Assembly (NCBI GenBank): GCA_963804645.1
Contig: CAWDRG010000015.1
Span: forward strand, 224,001 to 288,000
Source of the DNA: an uncultured Bacillota bacterium
Lineage (GTDB): Bacteria > Sysuimicrobiota > Sysuimicrobiia > Sysuimicrobiales > Segetimicrobiaceae
Direction of reading: 5' to 3'
DNA length: 64,000 nucleotides
This document shows positions 9,742-19,880 of this stretch, in pieces; positions within the stretch are counted from its first letter, which is position 1; the number at the start of each line of letters is the position of its first letter. Position numbers and translations under genes: made by a program. The notes beneath the pieces were generated by a model. That model did not search any database. It was not told where the DNA came from and was given only the letters and a program-made list of their open reading frames with translations.

Positions 9742-11290
9742 TTATTGGTAATACTCACGTCCTCGCACGTGATCGTGCGAGATCGCCGGGCTGGGCTCGA
9801 GCGTGGTCTGCACCGGCAGCGGCACGCGATCGAGCCCGCGCTTGAGCATGGCATCGACCTGGCGGTACGAGCGCGCGCCCACCGCCAGTGCCCGCGCGCA
9901 CGCCGCCTCGAGCCGCGCGGTCCCGTACCGCTGTCCCAAGCGGAAGAGCCCCAAACAGGATCGATATCCTTGCTCCGGGTGGGGCCGATCTTTCAGGATC
10001 GCGTCGACGAGCGCATGCGTCTCTGGCCCGACCCGTTCGGCCCACTCGAGGATCCGAGAGGGCGTCCACTCGAGGTGCGCTTGATGGGCCTTCGGCATAT
10101 GGGCCGCGACGTGGTGTGGCCGCCCCGCACGAGACTCCGGCGGTGCGCGGCGACGCGCTGGCCGCGATGGAAGATCTCGACCGTCGTCGCCGTGAAGCGC
10201 ACGTCGACGGGCTCGTGGACGAGCGCAAAGGGCGTGGAATAATAGTGCCCGCAACACGTCCACGTGGTAATCGACATTGACCCGCGCGACCTTCCATTCG
10301 CCATAGACGAAAGGCATCGCCGGCAGCGGGCGGAGGACGGGCTGATCGAGGCGTTCGAAGAGCTCGCGCCGACTCGCCTGATACAGGCGCATCGTCCGGC
10401 GGTTCAACTCGTCGACGAGCTCGGCGATGCGGGCGTTGAGGGCCTCGAGGGAAAAGAAGGTCTCATGCCGCAACCGGGCGAGGATCCAGCGTTGGGCCAC
10501 CAAAATTCCCGCTTCGATTTTCGCTTTGTCCCGGGCGCGTGCGGGCGCGTGGGCAAGATCACGGCCCCGTAATGCTGGATGAGCTCCTCGTACGTCCGCT
10601 GCAGTCCCGGCTCATAGCGGCACGGCTCGACGACGCCGCTCTTCAAACAGTCGCACACGACGGCCTCGGGCACACCTCTCAAGAAGGCGAAGGCGCGCTG
10701 GTGGCTGGCGATCCAATCCGGGCCTTGCTGGGTGCGCGTCGCTTCCGCATAGGTGTAGTTGGACGCGCCCATGACGCCGACAAACAACTCGACGGGAATG
10801 ATCTCGCCGCTCACCGGATCGATGTACGAGAGCTTCTTGCCCGAGTAATCGACGAAGAATTTCTCGCCGGCGCGATGGCGTTGCCGCATCGTGAGCCGAT
10901 GCCGATCCAGCCAGCGAGTGTAGAACCCGCAAAATTGCGTGTAGCGATACCCGGTGGTGGGATGTTGTTGCAGATATTCCTCATGCAAGCAGCTGCAGCG
11001 TCACGCCCGGCTTGCGCAGCTCGGTGTGGAGATACACGCCGTCCGGGACGGGCCGGTCGCCGGTAGGGAGCGCTGCACGTCGGTAGAGCCGCGCGTCCAG
11101 GCCGTCATCGGGCAGGGCCTCGACTTGGAGCCAGTCCAGGCCCGCGCACGCGGGCCCGGGACACCGCCATCCCGACCGCGCCCACGCTGACCCCGAGGCT
11201 GCTGGCAATCTCCCGGTGACTGCGTCCCAGGACGAACTTCTGACGAAGAATCTCGCGTGTCTGCCGCATGGATAGCCGCTTCGTCGCCAT
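9742..11290 (-). pseudogene. istA: IstA DDE transposase, several frameshifts
   Basis: Consecutive fragments MATKRLSMRQTREILR, MRQRHRAGEKFFVDYSG...GASNYTYAEAT, QRWILARLR and HDHVRGREYYQ. Confidence 0.92.
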
Positions 11291-11515
11291 CGTCCCTCCT
11301 CGGGGCGATGACGTATCCGACTACCAGCGTCTGAAAAGTGTCGGTCCAGTCGCCCCCGGCTCCACAGATACCGAACCGTGACGGTAGATACGATCAGGCG
11401 TTCGGGGTGATCACGATGCTCCGAAACGTATGATGCCGAAACGCTGATCACGATGGACCGAAACAGGCGATCACGATGCTCCGAAATGGGCGATCACGAT
11501 GGGCCGAAACGCGCA

Positions 11516-12377
11516 TCCGCGTACGCGATCGCGGTCAGGAGGGGCTTGGCCTGCGGTTGCGCGCGCTTGGGGAGCGTGTCCAGCACGTTGACGATGCGGT
11601 GATTCCAACACCGCTGCTCCGCCGCCTCCGGATACACGTCGCGCAGCGCGCCCCAGATCCCCAGATGGCCATCCCCGATCACCAGCTTCGGCGCGCAGAG
11701 CCCCGCGCGCGCAGCGCCCGCAGGAACGTGCCCCAGGCCTCCGTGGATTCCCGGGGCCCGCTCGCGACGGCGAGGAGCACCTTGCGGCCATCACTCAAGC
11801 CCGCCAGCGCGACCAGGAGCGCGGCCTTGTCCTTCTCCAGACCGGCCTTGACATAGACCCCATCGACCCAGAGGTAGACCACTTCCAGCTCGTCCACCCG
11901 GCGCTGGTTCCACGCCTCGTACTCCCCCTGCCACTTCTCTGTGAGCCGGGCCACCGTGCTCGCGGACAGCGGCGCGGCCTCGCCCAGGAGCCCGCGCAGC
12001 GCCAGCGCCAAATCCCCCTGGGCCAGGCCATGCAGATACAACTCCGGCAGCAGGGCGTTCACTTCGCGCGTCCGGCGGACAAACAACGGCAAGAGCCGAC
12101 TCTCGAACCGGTCCTCCAGCCCGCGGGTGCGCGGACGTCGCACCGTAATCGTCCCGGCGCTCAGCGTCAGCCGCCGCGGCTTGCCATAGCCGTTGCGATA
12201 GCCCGCCGGCGCGTCCACGGCCGGTCGGCGTTGCGCCTTGCGGCGCCCGAGCAGCTCCGTGACTTCCGCCTCGAGGAGATCCTGGAACCACGTCTGGATC
12301 TGCATCCAAGCCCAGGCCTCCAACTTGTCCCAGCTGGGACTTGACGACGTGTCGTGATCCGTGTTCTGCTTGTCCAT
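11516..12377 (-). pseudogene. IS256 transposase, N-terminal part, frameshift near 11700
   Basis: Motifs GYRNGYGKPR, YLWVDGVYVKAG, IGDGHLGIWGAL and QRCWNHRIVNVL. Confidence 0.92.
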
Positions 12378-12551
12378 GGCGGTGTGTTTCCTCCCTGGGG
12401 CCTCTGACAAGGCCTGGTTGTTGGTCTCTCTCTCAGGAGGATACACCGCCTTCAGCATTTACACACCCTTTGAGGGTACCTCTTACACATCCGACATTCC
12501 GCAAGTCTGAGGGGCGGGTTTGCAGATTTTTGCTAGGGGGTTAGACCGCAC

Positions 12552-12905
12552 CTACTTCTCGTGAGGTTCCTTGGCGATCGCGCGTAGCAACCGATCCGTC
12601 TCCTTCCGCGACAGCGTTTCCATCTTGTGCACGATCCGCCGCAACCTGCGATGGTTTTGCAGCCACTGCCCGCAGCGCTGAGCTTGCGCGGCCGTGAGGC
12701 GCCTCGCGATCGACCGGCCGCGAATCTTATAGGTCCAATCGTAGTAAGGCCCGTGGAGCGTCGGTGGATCCGCCATGCAGTGGCAGCCGGGCTTGCCGCA
12801 TCGGGTGAATCGGCGCACGAGCGTGCCAGGCCGGACCCACCCGAGGCGTCCCACCGCGGCCTTGAGCGCCTCATACGTCCGTATCGCGTCTGTCGCGTCC
12901 GCCAT
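12552..12905 (-). CDS. Small Cys/His protein (DUF6788-like), IS1634 passenger
   Basis: Reads GTLVRRFTRCGKPGCHCMADPPTLHGPYYDW...WLQNHRRLRRIVHKMETLSRKETDRLLRA. Confidence 0.85.
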   Translation of the reverse strand: MADATDAIRTYEALKAAVGRLGWVRPGTLVRRFTRCGKPGCHCMADPPTLHGPYYDWTYKIRGRSIARRLTAAQAQRCGQWLQNHRRLRRIVHKMETLSRKETDRLLRAIAKEPHEK

Positions 12906-12927
12906 GTCCGCACACTCGAACAAATGC

Positions 12928-12964
12928 TTGACTTCGGAAATCTGTCTGTTATTATACAGACAGA
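12928..12964 (+). promoter_or_regulatory. Transposase promoter with an operator-like inverted repeat
   Basis: TTGACT followed by an extended -10 TGTTATTAT. A perfect 9-bp IR TCTGTCTGT/ACAGACAGA flanks TATTAT. ATG at 12969. Confidence 0.75.
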
Positions 12965-12968
12965 CACA

Positions 12969-14293
12969 ATGGAGTCGTCAAGATGCCGTGCGGTCCCCAG
13001 GCGGATGACGCTCCGGCCCCGCGCTGGCCGTCGTCCCCACAGCGCTCCTCCGGGCGCGGTGCACCGGATCCATCACCTCGGGCCGCATCCGATCATCGCG
13101 CACTTCCTCGAACGCCTCACCCTGGAGCCCATCATTCGCGGCTGCGTGGGCACGCGCGCCAGGGGGTCGTCGATCACGCGCGCACGCTCGCCGTGCTGGT
13201 GCACAACCTGCTCGTCTCCCCCGGCCCGCTGTATCGGATCGCCACGTGGCTCGCGCCGGTGGAGCCCGCGGTGCTGGCGCTGACCCCCTCGCAGTACGCG
13301 GCGATCAACGACGATCGGGTGGCGCGGGCCCTGGATGCGCTCACCTCCGAACGGGGGCGCAGCATATGGTTCCGCTTGGCCTTGCGCATCATCAAGCAGT
13401 TTGAACTTGCGACGGAGCGGTTCCACCACGACACGACCACGGTCACGTTCCAGGGCGCCTACGCGACTGCCCACGGCAAGCCCCACATCACCCATGGGCA
13501 CAACAAAGATCACCGCCCGGACCTCAAGCAGCTCGTCTTCGGCCTCACCGCCACTGCCGATGGCGCAATCCCCGTGTGGCACGACGTCCATAGCGGCAAC
13601 CGCAGCGACGATACGGTGCACCGGAGCACCGTGGACGCCTTGCGGACGCTCGTGGGCCGCGCGGAGTTCATCTACGTGGCCGATGCCAAGCTCTGCACCC
13701 AGGACAATCTGCGGCATATCGCGGCCTATGGCGGGCAATTTGTCACCGTGATGCCGCGGACCTGGAAAGAAGACCATCACTTCCGCGATCGGCTGCGGGA
13801 CCATGGCATTCGGTGGCACCCCATTCTCCGCATCGCCAACCACCGGCACAAGGATGGTCCGCCAGACATCTTCGCGAGCTGTGCGGGTACGTACACGACC
13901 ACGGCCGACGGATATCGGATGATCTGGATCCGGAGCTCGCAGAAAGCGGTCGAGGACGCGCAGGCGCGGGAGCGACGCCTCGCCCAGGCCCAGGCCACGC
14001 TGCGGGAGTTCCAAGACAAACTACCGCGGCAGCGGCGACGGGATCGGACCCACGGGGGAATCCAGCGTGCGGTCACCAAGATTCTCCGCGAGACCGGCAC
14101 CCGGCCATTTCTCCAGGTGACCGTGAAGCGCCACGTCGAGCAGCGTCGCCACTATCTACGGCGCGGCCGGCCCACCGCCGAGACGCCGGTGGAGGTCGAA
14201 CGACACACGACCTACACGCTGGACGTGCGCCGCGATGGGCAGGCCCTGGCCCGCGAGCGGCGCACCGATGGGGTCTTCCCGCTCGTGACGAAC
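12969..14293 (+). pseudogene. IS1634 transposase, N-terminal part, frameshift near 13160
   Basis: Motifs INDDRVARALDAL, HHDTTTVTF, GHNKDHRPDLKQL and YVADAKL. Ends DGVFPLVTN at the IS3 junction. Confidence 0.92.
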
Positions 14294-14484
14294 TGAGGTT
14301 GCCCCGGTTCCGTGGAGGGTCAATCGCTTGAGTATCAGCCCTTTACCACCACCTCTCGCATGGTTCTTGTTGTTCTCTGCTCGGCCGCCGCACGTCGTCG
14401 TCTCTCGGCGGGGGTATCTGGATGTCTTCCCCCTCTCATAGAATCGCTGTGAGCGCATCCTAGCCGCCTGCTTCGCTGAGCATT

Positions 14485-15300
14485 TCATCTCGACTGCGCT
14501 CCGCGGACGGCCGTTGGCGCTGTGACCCCCGCCGTTCGAATTCTGCGGGCGAGAGATATCCAGCGCAGAGTGACGCCGGTGGGAATTGTAGAAACCCTCG
14601 ATGTAATCGAAGAGCGCCAGCCGCGCTGCCTTCGCGTGGCGAACGTGTGCTGCTGTAAGAGCTCCGTCTTGAGCGACGCGAAGAAGGCTTCGGCGAGGGC
14701 ATTATCATACGCGTCGCCGACGGAGCCCATCGACGGCACGACGCCCGCGTCTTGGCAGCGCCGACTGAAGGTCAGGCTCGTGTACTGCGCGCCGCGATCG
14801 GAGTGATGCACGACGCCCGACCGCCGGCCGCCGGTTCCACACCGCCATGTTGAGCGCGTCCACGACCAGTTCGGTCCGCAGCGTGTCCGCCATCGCCCAG
14901 CCGACGATCCGGCGACTCCACGCATCCAGCACCGTCGCCAGATAGAGCCACCCTTCCGCGGTGGGCACGTACGTGATGTCTGCGACCCAGAGCTGATCGG
15001 GCGCGGAGGCCGTAAAATTCCCGCTTCACGAGGTCCGGCGCCGCGGCCGCCTCGCGATCCTGCCGCGTGGTGCCACGGTACCGTCGCCGCTGGGCGCCCG
15101 CCAGTCCGGCCGCGCGCATCAGACCGCGCGACCCGTTTCCGCCCACAGCTGGAGGCCTGCGCCTGGAGCTCGGCATGGATCCGCGGCGCCCCGTAGGTTC
15201 CCGGCTCTCCTCATGAATCGCTTGGATCTGCGCGAGCAGGCCTTGATCCGCCTGCGCCCGCGCCGAGGGTGGACGATCCACCACGCGTAGAACCCGCTGG
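14485..15300 (-). pseudogene. IS3 OrfB integrase core, 3' part, several frameshifts
   Basis: Motifs SGFYAW, PTAEGWLYLATVLDAWSRRIVGW, HHSDRGAQYTS and DNALAEAFFASLKTE. Confidence 0.9.
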
Positions 15301-15310
15301 GACAGTGGCT

Positions 15311-17370
15311 TCATACTACACCTCCGGCAGTAGCCTTTTGGAGTGACGGTTTGAGGTGCACGGGGGTGGCGGTCCTCTGGCGACACGCCTCTTCGACCGC
15401 CGGAGAAAAAGGAACACACAAGCGACCGCTCGTGTCGCGACGCGCTGCAAGCTTGCCTGCGTGGATCCAATCGTATACTGTCCATTTGCTGACCCCCAGT
15501 CGGCGGACAACCTCGCAGACCGTCAGCTCTCCTGGGCGAGGCTGAAAGGACGATGCAGGAATGTGGTAGGTGTGGCGGATCCAGCGGACAGATTTCACAT
15601 CAAATGGCCGCCCCCCTTTCCGGGTCATTCCCGCCGTGTTGAGTGCGGTGACGATCTCATCATCCTGCTGCATCGCCAGCGCCCGAATCAGATCGACGAC
15701 CGCACCCGGCGTCCGTTGAAGATCGCTGGCTGAGGCAGGGCGCTGGACGACGAGCTCCTCAGTCGCACCCGAGCGCCAGCGAATGCCGACGCCTACACGC
15801 GCACTGCCTGGAGCGGACCGTATCGTTACGTCCGCGACGAGCGCGCGAAGAATCCGCTTGCGGTCTGGGGCCGAGGTCGTAGGAGCAGCCCACAACGCGG
15901 GCACGTTGCGAGCGAGCGCCTCCAATTCTTGGCGCGATGGCAGCGGCGGCGCCTCCGCGCGCGCCCCCGCTAACGCGGTTTCCGCTTCCGCCAATGCGAC
16001 GAGCGCAGTTTCCCATCGTTGCTCCAGGCTCCGCGCCACAAGGCGGTTCTCCGGCTCACACTGATGGAACGCTCGCTCCGCCCGCGCCGCCTCATAGCGC
16101 GCCCGCTCCACCGGGAGTTCAGCGGCCCGGATGCGATTGGTCCGTCGTGCTGCGATCTCATCGGCGGCCTGGAGTGCCAGAGCAATCTGGTCTGTCGTGA
16201 CCACGTCTAACATCCGCCGGGCCACGGCATCATCGATCACATCCGCCCGAACCGTGCGACACTGCGGAGTCTGGAGGTGCTCGACACGGGAATAGGAACA
16301 ATCGTAGGCGGCCTTTCCGGAGGCATAGGAAGCATACCTCGGCGTCATCATCCGGCCACAGCCGCCGCACACGACGATCCCTTGCAGCAGCGCCTCGCCT
16401 TCCCGCGCAGGGCGTGCGCCTCCGCTCGTGTGGTTATGCGCCAACCGGTCCAGATTTGCAAGATAGGTCTCCCAGCTGATGTACGCGGGGTGATGGTGAG
16501 GGAGAACCACAAGCCATTCCTCCCGCGGAAGCTCTACTCGCTTCCGCCGAATTGAGCCATCCGGCTGTACGATGCGCCGGCATCGGTATCGTCCAAAGAC
16601 GTAGGTCCCAGCATAGACCGGGTTGGAAAGCATGCCAAGCACCCGGTAGTACGTGAGCCGGCCCCACCGGATCTCTCCCGTCCAGACGCCCCCGTGCACT
16701 CGCCGAGGAAACGGACGCCGGCGAAAGATGCCCGCCGCGCCATATGCTGATCCGCTGGCCTCGAACGCGGCGAAGACGTCTGTGACGGCCTGCCGGATCT
16801 CCTCGTCCAAGTCCATCACGGTACGGCCGTCCTGATCATACACGTAGCCGACTGGCAGCGGAACGCGTAATTCACCACGGGCCGCCGCGGCACGTTTCGA
16901 CTCCTGCAACCGCCCGGCGAGGATATGAAGTTCTGCTTCGGACATTGCGCCCTTCAAGCCCAACAGGAGCCTGTCGTTAAAATGTTGCAGATTGTACACG
17001 CCGTCGGCATCGATGATCAGCGTGTCCGTCAGGTTGCAGAATTCCAACAATCGTTGGAGGTCCGCGGAACTGCGGGCTAACCGCGAGACCTCCAACCCCA
17101 AGATGGCGCCGACCTCGCCCAGGCACACCCGACTGACGAGCTCCTGAAACCCCGCACGGGTGGTGCCGCTGCGACCGGACAGGCCCAGATCGGCATCGAT
17201 CACGAGGATCTTGGATGCTTCCCACCCCAATCGGGTGGCTTCCTCCGCCAGTGCATACTGCCGGGCGGTGGACTCGGTGTGTTCGCGCACCTGGGTCATC
17301 GTGGACTGTCGCACATACACGATTGCCAGACGCTCCGGTGAGTGGGCGTGATCGTCCTCGCGTCGCTCAT
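15311..17370 (-). CDS. Large serine recombinase (resolvase, recombinase and zinc-ribbon domains, C-terminal HTH)
   Basis: Motifs AIVYVRQST, DADLGLSG, EVSRLARS, NPVYAG and LLQGIVVCGGCG. The likely start ATG 17370 (MSDARTITPTH) needs one extra G near 17335. Confidence 0.93.
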
Positions 17371-17455
17371 GCGCGTTCCCCCCGGCGGCGAGCGCGGCCT
17401 CGAGCATGTTGGCCAGCGGCGCCACGAGTTCGCTCGTCGCGCCGCTGAACCCAAC

Positions 17456-17800
17456 TCAGGTCAGCTCCCCGCGGGTCAGCAGTTCCAGGTTGATCGCCGA
17501 GATCTCCGCCAGCGTCGCCTCGATGCGGGCGGTGAGCATGACCCGGCGGCGTACCGCCGCCGCCAGCGCCGCCGGAATATACAGGAGACGCCGTCCGTTC
17601 CCGCCGGACCGTCAGGAACACGTACGGACCGTGCAGCTCCCCCGCGCGCACCGGCAGCCCGGTTTCCCACACCGCCGGTGCTGGATTACCAGCGCCCCGT
17701 GCATGACCGCCTCGAGCGTCGGGAGGCTGCGTGCCCGTTGGGTCCGGCGCGCGCGTAATTGCCTCGCGCTGAGCTTGGCGAGTGGTATCTTTTGTATCAT
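17456..17800 (-). CDS. Third DUF6788-like Cys/His protein, two compensating 1-nt frameshifts
   Basis: Reads MIQKIPL...GALVIQHRRCGKPGCRCARG / ELHGPYVFLTV / RRLLYIP...EISAINLELL. Start and stop are in the same frame. Confidence 0.75.
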
Positions 17801-17838
17801 TGGTACCAAAGATATCACCTGCCGCGGGAAACGTCAAG
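17782..17838 (-). promoter_or_regulatory. Promoter of the DUF6788-recombinase unit with a long imperfect palindrome
   Basis: Minus strand TTGACG-17 nt-TATCTT. The palindrome GTGATATCTTTGGTACCAATGATACAAAAGATACCAC covers the -10 and the ATG. Confidence 0.65.
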
Positions 17839-17839
17839 G

Positions 17840-18112
17840 GGTGCGACAGCACCGCCACCACGCGGAGCACCTCCACCAGAATGGAGGCGGTGAGAGGGTG
17901 TGGCTCCGGAGGGGCGCCGCGATCGGTAAAAGCTTCTGGCAACGCAATACTGCCGGCTGGCCCGGCATCACAAATGTAGATACGTCCACGAGTGGCGTAG
18001 CGGCGTGTGACCAGTATGGGAAGTCGCTGGTCCCTCAGCGGATGAAACGGATGGGTGACAACGAGGGAATCCGAAAGACTACTGACTGCACTCGTAGTTT
18101 GCGTGGACCGTC
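17840..18112 (-). CDS. Y4bD/Y4pK (DUF5372)-like small protein lacking a start codon in the integrated state
   Basis: Reads VVTHPFHPL...SIALPEAFTD...LVEVLRVVAVL. No in-frame ATG/GTG/TTG between the element end and the THPFHP motif. The 3' end is uncertain. Confidence 0.7.
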
Positions 18113-18189
18113 GGGGGAAACACCCAACACCCGGGCGAGCGTGGCGACGTGATGCGCGGCCTTCTCCTGTTGCATGAACGTAAACCCCG

Positions 18190-18489
18190 CTACGGGGTCG
18201 AGTTCGTTTCCCTGGCAAAGAAGGCCGCGGCTTTTCGGAGGATCTCGCGCTCTTCCCGCAAGATCCGGACTTCACGACGCAAGCGCCGCACCTCAGCGTG
18301 TTCCTCGGTCGTCAATCCATCGGTGCGCTTCCCGCGGTCGAGCTCATCCTGTTTCAGCCACGTGTAGAGCGACTGCTCCGACACTCCCAGATCCTTCGCA
18401 ATGCGCGCACGCGACTTCCCGGATTCTCGAACCAACCGGACCGCTTCCTCTCGAAACTGCCGTGCATACGGCGGTCGACTCTTTGGCAC
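18190..18489 (-). CDS. IS3 OrfA
   Basis: Reads PPYARQFREEAVRLV...IAKDLGVS...LREEREILRKAAAFFARE. Confidence 0.95.
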   Translation of the reverse strand: MPKSRPPYARQFREEAVRLVRESGKSRARIAKDLGVSEQSLYTWLKQDELDRGKRTDGLTTEEHAEVRRLRREVRILREEREILRKAAAFFARETNSTP

Positions 18490-18556
18490 CGTGGACTCCC
18501 CTCTGGGGCTTCAGCCCCTCTAACCATAAAGTGTCCACGAAACCGGGGCAAGTCCA

Positions 18557-18973
18557 AACCTCGCCAAGACTCCGAAGCGCGAGGTCCTGTCCATGTACAA
18601 ATTCCAACCCTATGTCGAGAAACGCTTCTCGCTGTTGAAAACCGACCTGGAGATCGCGCCGGTGTACCTGAAGAAACCACGCCGGGCGGCGGGCCTGCTC
18701 CACGCCTACTTTATCGCCCTCGTCGTCGCGAGCCTCATCGAGCGGGAGGTGCGCACCAGCATGCGGCAGCGGAACCTCAAGACGCTGGCCCTCTTGCCGG
18801 AGCATCGTCCCACGCCGACCCCAACGTGGCCCAGGATTCTGGAGGCCTTTCAAGACGTGCGGTGGTACGAGGTCGAGCTCAACGGGGAGGTCACGGCGTT
18901 TCCGATCGAGCTGTCACAACTCCAACGTACGCTGCTCGAGCTCTTGGACATTCCGCCCGAGGTCTACCAATAG
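18557..18973 (+). pseudogene. IS1634 transposase, C-terminal part
   Basis: Reads NLAKTPKREVLSMYKFQPYVEKRFSLLKTDLEIAPVYLK, in frame with ...PLVTN once IS3 is removed. Confidence 0.92.
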
Positions 18974-19040
18974 GCCTCCCCAAGAGTCCCCGAGAAAATC
19001 GGGAGACTTCGCTTCGCGACTTGCGGAATGTCGGACACAT

Positions 19041-19880
19041 GTGTCCGGTACAACCTGTTTTACCTATGTGTGCAGCCCATAAAGCCATACACTCAGTCGG
19101 TGAGAGTCCGACCCGCGGAGTCGCCCAACTTGCCGCGGTAGTGTTGTCCGGCGTCTCGAAGGAGGTGACTCGCGAGACGGAAGCCCGGACGTACAAGTCT
19201 CGGCGGCCCGGCAGAGATATAAAGGCCGAGGTCGGTGGCCCAGGAGACGAGCGATGGATGGGGCCGCAACATGAAGTGAACACTGCAGCGTCGTTATTCA
19301 GGCCCACTCAGAGCTCCGGTAACGGAGTGCTCAGCGCCACAGTGGGAATGAGGGTGCCAAGTTTCTACATAGGGGACGAAGGCCAGTGTGGTTGCGGAAG
19401 AAGCTGGGCGTGTGCACGCAACCAGCCCTCCGGCGTAGGGGTGGCGGCAACATCCAAAGGGTGGATGGTCAAAGCGGGGAAGGGCTCTCACCCGTGAGGC
19501 CAGTGATATAACCGACTTCACTCGGGAAGTTCACTGGTGGGGGAGAGTCTGGCGCATGAGGCCGTAGGAGCGATGATCGCTCCGATAACAAGGAGCGGGA
19601 GCAAAGGGCCTCTGGGAGCAGGCCAGCGTTGGAGAAGGAGAGGGTGCGGGTGCTGATAACGCGCTCGGGCTACCGCCAAGATCCGGACCGACGCTGTAGG
19701 CTGCAGCAAACCAATCGCTCCCCAGGTACAGGCTGGGAAGGATCGGGAACGCTGCAACTGAGCGCGTGCTCTTCCAGCCGGATTGGGGAAAACCCGCTAT
19801 CCGGTTGATAGGGGGCGGGGTGGAACCGTGGTCAGGCTCCTTAACGGTAACCTGACCGGCGCGCCACCCTGCTACCCGAC
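19041..19880 (+). ncRNA. ORF-less group II intron
   Basis: DIII-like GAGGCCGTAGGAGCG...GGAGCAAAGGGCCTC, DV AGCCGGATTGGGGAAAACCCGCTATCCGGTT, and DVI ending CTACCCGAC. The 5' end GTGTCC is less certain. No RT ORF. Confidence 0.85.

Larger units (their letters stand above)
6444..11515 (-). mobile_element. IS21-family element (istA-istB), interrupted by IS1380
   Basis: Ends are TGCGTATTTCG... and ...CGAAACGCGCA, with repeated internal CATCGTGA motifs. 6-bp TSD TCCGCG at 6438-6443 and 11516-11521. Confidence 0.95.
6027..12482 (-). mobile_element. IS256-family element, interrupted by IS21
   Basis: Imperfect terminal IRs GAGGTTCCGTCGAATAGGCGTGTAAA (from 6027) and GAGGTACCCTCAAAGGGTGTGTAAA (reverse complement, ending 12482). 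Transposase halves lie on both sides of the IS21. No flanking target site duplication (TSD) is visible. Confidence 0.88.
15301..18112 (-). mobile_element. Compact (2.8 kb) large-serine-recombinase integrative element
   Basis: Removal restores IS3 OrfB LGVSPSGFYAW. GG/CC crossover core at 15299-15300 and 18113-18114. The 19-bp ends (15301-15319, 18094-18112) form an imperfect IR (12/19). Confidence 0.9.
14294..18556 (-). mobile_element. IS3-family element, interrupted by the LSR element
   Basis: Ends TGAGGTTGCCCCGGTTCCGTGGA and TCCACGAAACCGGGGCAAGTCCA. 3-bp TSD AAC at 14291-14293 and 18557-18559. Confidence 0.94.
12491..19034 (+). mobile_element. IS1634-family element with a divergent passenger gene, interrupted by IS3
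   Basis: Perfect 17-bp IRs CCGACATTCCGCAAGTC. 6-bp TSD ACACAT at 12485-12490 and 19035-19040. Confidence 0.95.

Noticed and set aside
11405..11515. Tandem GATCACGATG...CCGAAA repeats resembling a mini CRISPR or iteron array
   Set aside because: They are the multiple terminal repeats of IS21, mirrored at 6444-6510. There are no unique spacers and no cas genes.
15311..17425. ORF-track start for the recombinase (MAPLANML...)
   Set aside because: ATG 17370 gives the more typical xxITPxHxxRxAxVYVRQS start with one missing G.
17367..18275. 302-aa ORF spanning IS3 and the LSR element
   Set aside because: It is a chimeric frame across the insertion junction. Only the THPFHP-containing part looks like a real domain.
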